Source of the DNA: the human T2T-CHM13v2.0 reference genome, Homo sapiens
Reading direction: 5' to 3' (one strand)
Assembly (NCBI RefSeq): GCF_009914755.1
Contig: NC_060927.1
Length of the DNA: 64,000 bases
Positions within the stretch are counted from its first letter, which is position 1, and each line of letters starts with the position of its first letter. Positions 60,121-64,000 of the stretch are shown here, piece by piece. Made by a program: the position numbers and the translations under genes. A model generated the notes under the pieces. The model worked only from the letters and a program-made list of their open reading frames with translations, did no database searches and was not told the DNA's origin.

Positions 60121-60500
60121 CTGAAGGGACAGGTCACACCGGCTGCGGGAGGGGCTGCTCGGCGCCACTGCGCTCAGAACGGCCGCGGCGGTCCCGGGCG
60201 CTCCGACGCCGCTGGGTTTCCTCCCATTACAGCATGTTGCACTCCAGCGCTGCACTTCACACTCGCACACGCGCACACGCACACGCGCACAACTCCAGGC
60301 GCTCGGCGGCGTCCTTCCCCCGCCTCGCCCGGAGGAGGAAGTCCTAGTAAATCAAAACAGGCTGGGAGGGAGGGAGATCGGAGTGGAAAGAGTCCCCTTC
60401 AGCCGCTCACACACCAGTGTTTGCTGTGTTTGGCAAACTCCTGGCGTCCACAACCCGGACTGCTCTGAAATGTGCCCGGGGAGGGGCAGGGAGGAGGAGG
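60121..60500 (-). other. VGLL4: VGLL4 non-coding exon 1 (3' end exact, transcription start approximate)
   Basis: Donor TTCAG|GTGCGT at 60121/60120 near the edge of the CpG island; TATAAG on the minus strand at 60532-60527 would put a start near 60500. Confidence 0.75.
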
Positions 60501-62359
60501 TAAAACGTTTCTAATTGGCGCAGGTTCTTATATTACAGCAGCAGGGCAGACATGTGACCACGAAAAGAAAAGGCCTGTCTTTAATTTTTTCCTGTCTTTC
60601 TCTGGGGATTTGGTGGTGGGGGGCCGGGGGATAGAGGCCTGATACCCGCCCCCCGCCATCCCCAGCAACCCTTGCCCTGTTGTTTTCTTGTACTGCCACA
60701 ATTAAGAAAACATTTGCTTAACATATCCAGCGGCTAACTTCATAAAATAAATAGAGACTGGACTTCCTCTGGTTTGCTTTAAAAGGCTTCATGTTGCTTG
60801 CCTTCTGGCTGTTCTCAAACCTCAGTCATTATTAGGAGCCCCTACCGTAAGGGCTTTCCCTGGGAGAGGGCTCTGCTGAAAGGGAATGATAACAATGAAA
60901 ACAAATACCAGCTTACATTCGTGCTGGAAAAAAAAAATGCTTTGCAGTTTTCAAACTGTTTTCCCATCTGTTGCCTCATCTGATCATATCAAGGAACAGC
61001 ACGGTGTCTCACTGGATCTTAGCCCCTGTTGGATATGCAAAGACAGGTATGCGTAGTTCCATGTTTCAGTGAGATTAAATGGTTTACCTAAAGCAGGTGG
61101 AGGTGTTGCCCGAAACTTGGGGCCCCTTGTGAAATGTACTCTCCTCCAGTCCATACAGGGCCTCTGGAGATGGGACAACCCAACTTACAAGTCAACCTAG
61201 GAATAGGTCCCCTGGCTTTCCTGATTCCTGGATAAATATTCACAGATTAAAGCTCGGAAGGTTCCCAGTCTTCCCAAAGGTACTCTTACATAGACTCCGT
61301 TTTAGTCCATCAGTAGTCTCGGACTAGGAAAAGAGAAATCCTGAGAAAGACTGTAAATAGGAGATTCATCCTGCCAAACTCAGACAGGGAATGAGGAAGG
61401 AATGAGGACTGCCTGGGCAGATTCCAGGAAATATGGTAAGACAGAAAAAGGGTTTTAGATTCAGACAGAATTTGAATCCAAACTCCGCCTCTATTTGTTA
61501 TAGGATTTGGGGCAAGTTATCAAACCTCAGTTTTCTCATCCGTAAAACAGAGATAATGCTTCTTCGAAGAGCCGGTGTGGGGTTACAGGCTTCGCAGAGA
61601 CGTTTAATGAATACTCACATCTTCCTTCTCTTCTGACTTAAATCCAGTCCAGGTGGGCACCTTATGAACAGAGGAAAATGAAATGCCCAGACAACGCAAA
61701 TGAATAATGATAACAATAATAGTGCAACTGCATATTTATAAAAATGGCCCAAGGTTTACAAAGTGTTCCCACGTATTATTATCTCATTTGATCTTTATGA
61801 CAACATTGCCATTTGTTTGCTGCTAAATGATTTCCATTTTGGGTCAGTGCGGAGGTCCTAAAGCTGCCTCTTTAATTTCCATCACTGCTTGGAGCGAACC
61901 TTACTCTGCAAATAAATCATGGGGACAGAAGACCTTTTCTCATGGATGTGACCAGTCTTCGACCTTTGCAAGGATTAATCTCACTCTTTGCCTTACATCA
62001 GCATTAGCGTGACTTAGCTCTGGCAACATCTAAGCCTGGTCGTTTTAGTCTGGCTCTTTTAGTTGTGCAAAGGAGAGACACACTCAAGTTACTGTAAGAA
62101 AAAGGGGGGTTGTTGTAAAGGTCTAGGGGGACTGGAAGTGGAACGTGGCAGACACATAGAATATTATACAGTAACCTAAATTAAAATGACTTACAGTGAC
62201 CTCAACAATACAGATGCATCTTGACAATGTTAACTGAAAAAATTAAGTCCCAAAAGATTACATACAGCATAATACTCTATTTGTAATGTTAAAAATAAAA
62301 TTAAAAATAATTTTAGTGGTACATATATCTGCAATAAAATGATATAAAAAATAAGTCAG

Positions 62360-64000
<1,641 letters not shown>

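Larger units (their letters stand above)
58840..60350. promoter_or_regulatory. CpG island / VGLL4 promoter
   Basis: About 1.5 kb of very GC- and CpG-rich unique sequence with several GGGCGG boxes, in a CpG-depleted background, overlapping the first exons. Confidence 0.95.

Noticed and set aside
58703-60347. Long ORFs (221-344 aa) on both strands of the CpG island
   Set aside because: Low-complexity Arg/Pro/Gly/Ala translations in several overlapping frames, as expected from stop-codon scarcity in GC-rich DNA; several start at GTG/TTG; no recognisable domain.

Overview
Primate (most likely human) genomic DNA, very rich in Alu, L1, L2, MIR, MaLR and DNA-transposon relics. It holds the 5' part of VGLL4 (TEAD-binding YAP antagonist; human chr3p25 from recall) on the minus strand. 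Supported gene parts: a CpG-island promoter (~58.8-60.4 kb) with non-coding exon 1 (donor at 60121/60120) and a probable second first exon (donor at 59140/59139); the 77-nt exon 42778-42702 encoding METPLDVLSRAASLVHADDEK; and an alternative coding segment 11083-11005 encoding MTENTHFDKIPESCALKSWRHPGLHH(G), which lies in a MER5-type DNA transposon. The remaining VGLL4 exons lie left of base 1. I judge none of the ORFs in the supplied track to be real genes (Alu, L1 or GC-rich artefacts), and the track misses both VGLL4 segments. I cannot support a wholly new gene system. The best leads, all needing tests, are: transposon-derived alternative/poison exons in intron 2; a tandem TEAD site in the promoter (possible feedback); stop-start overlapping uORFs in exon 1; an inverted templated insertion with a fold-back hairpin; a ~275-bp dispersed duplication; and an orphan CpG-rich patch in an old L2. 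Repeat family names and boundaries were assigned by eye from remembered consensus sequences and are approximate.
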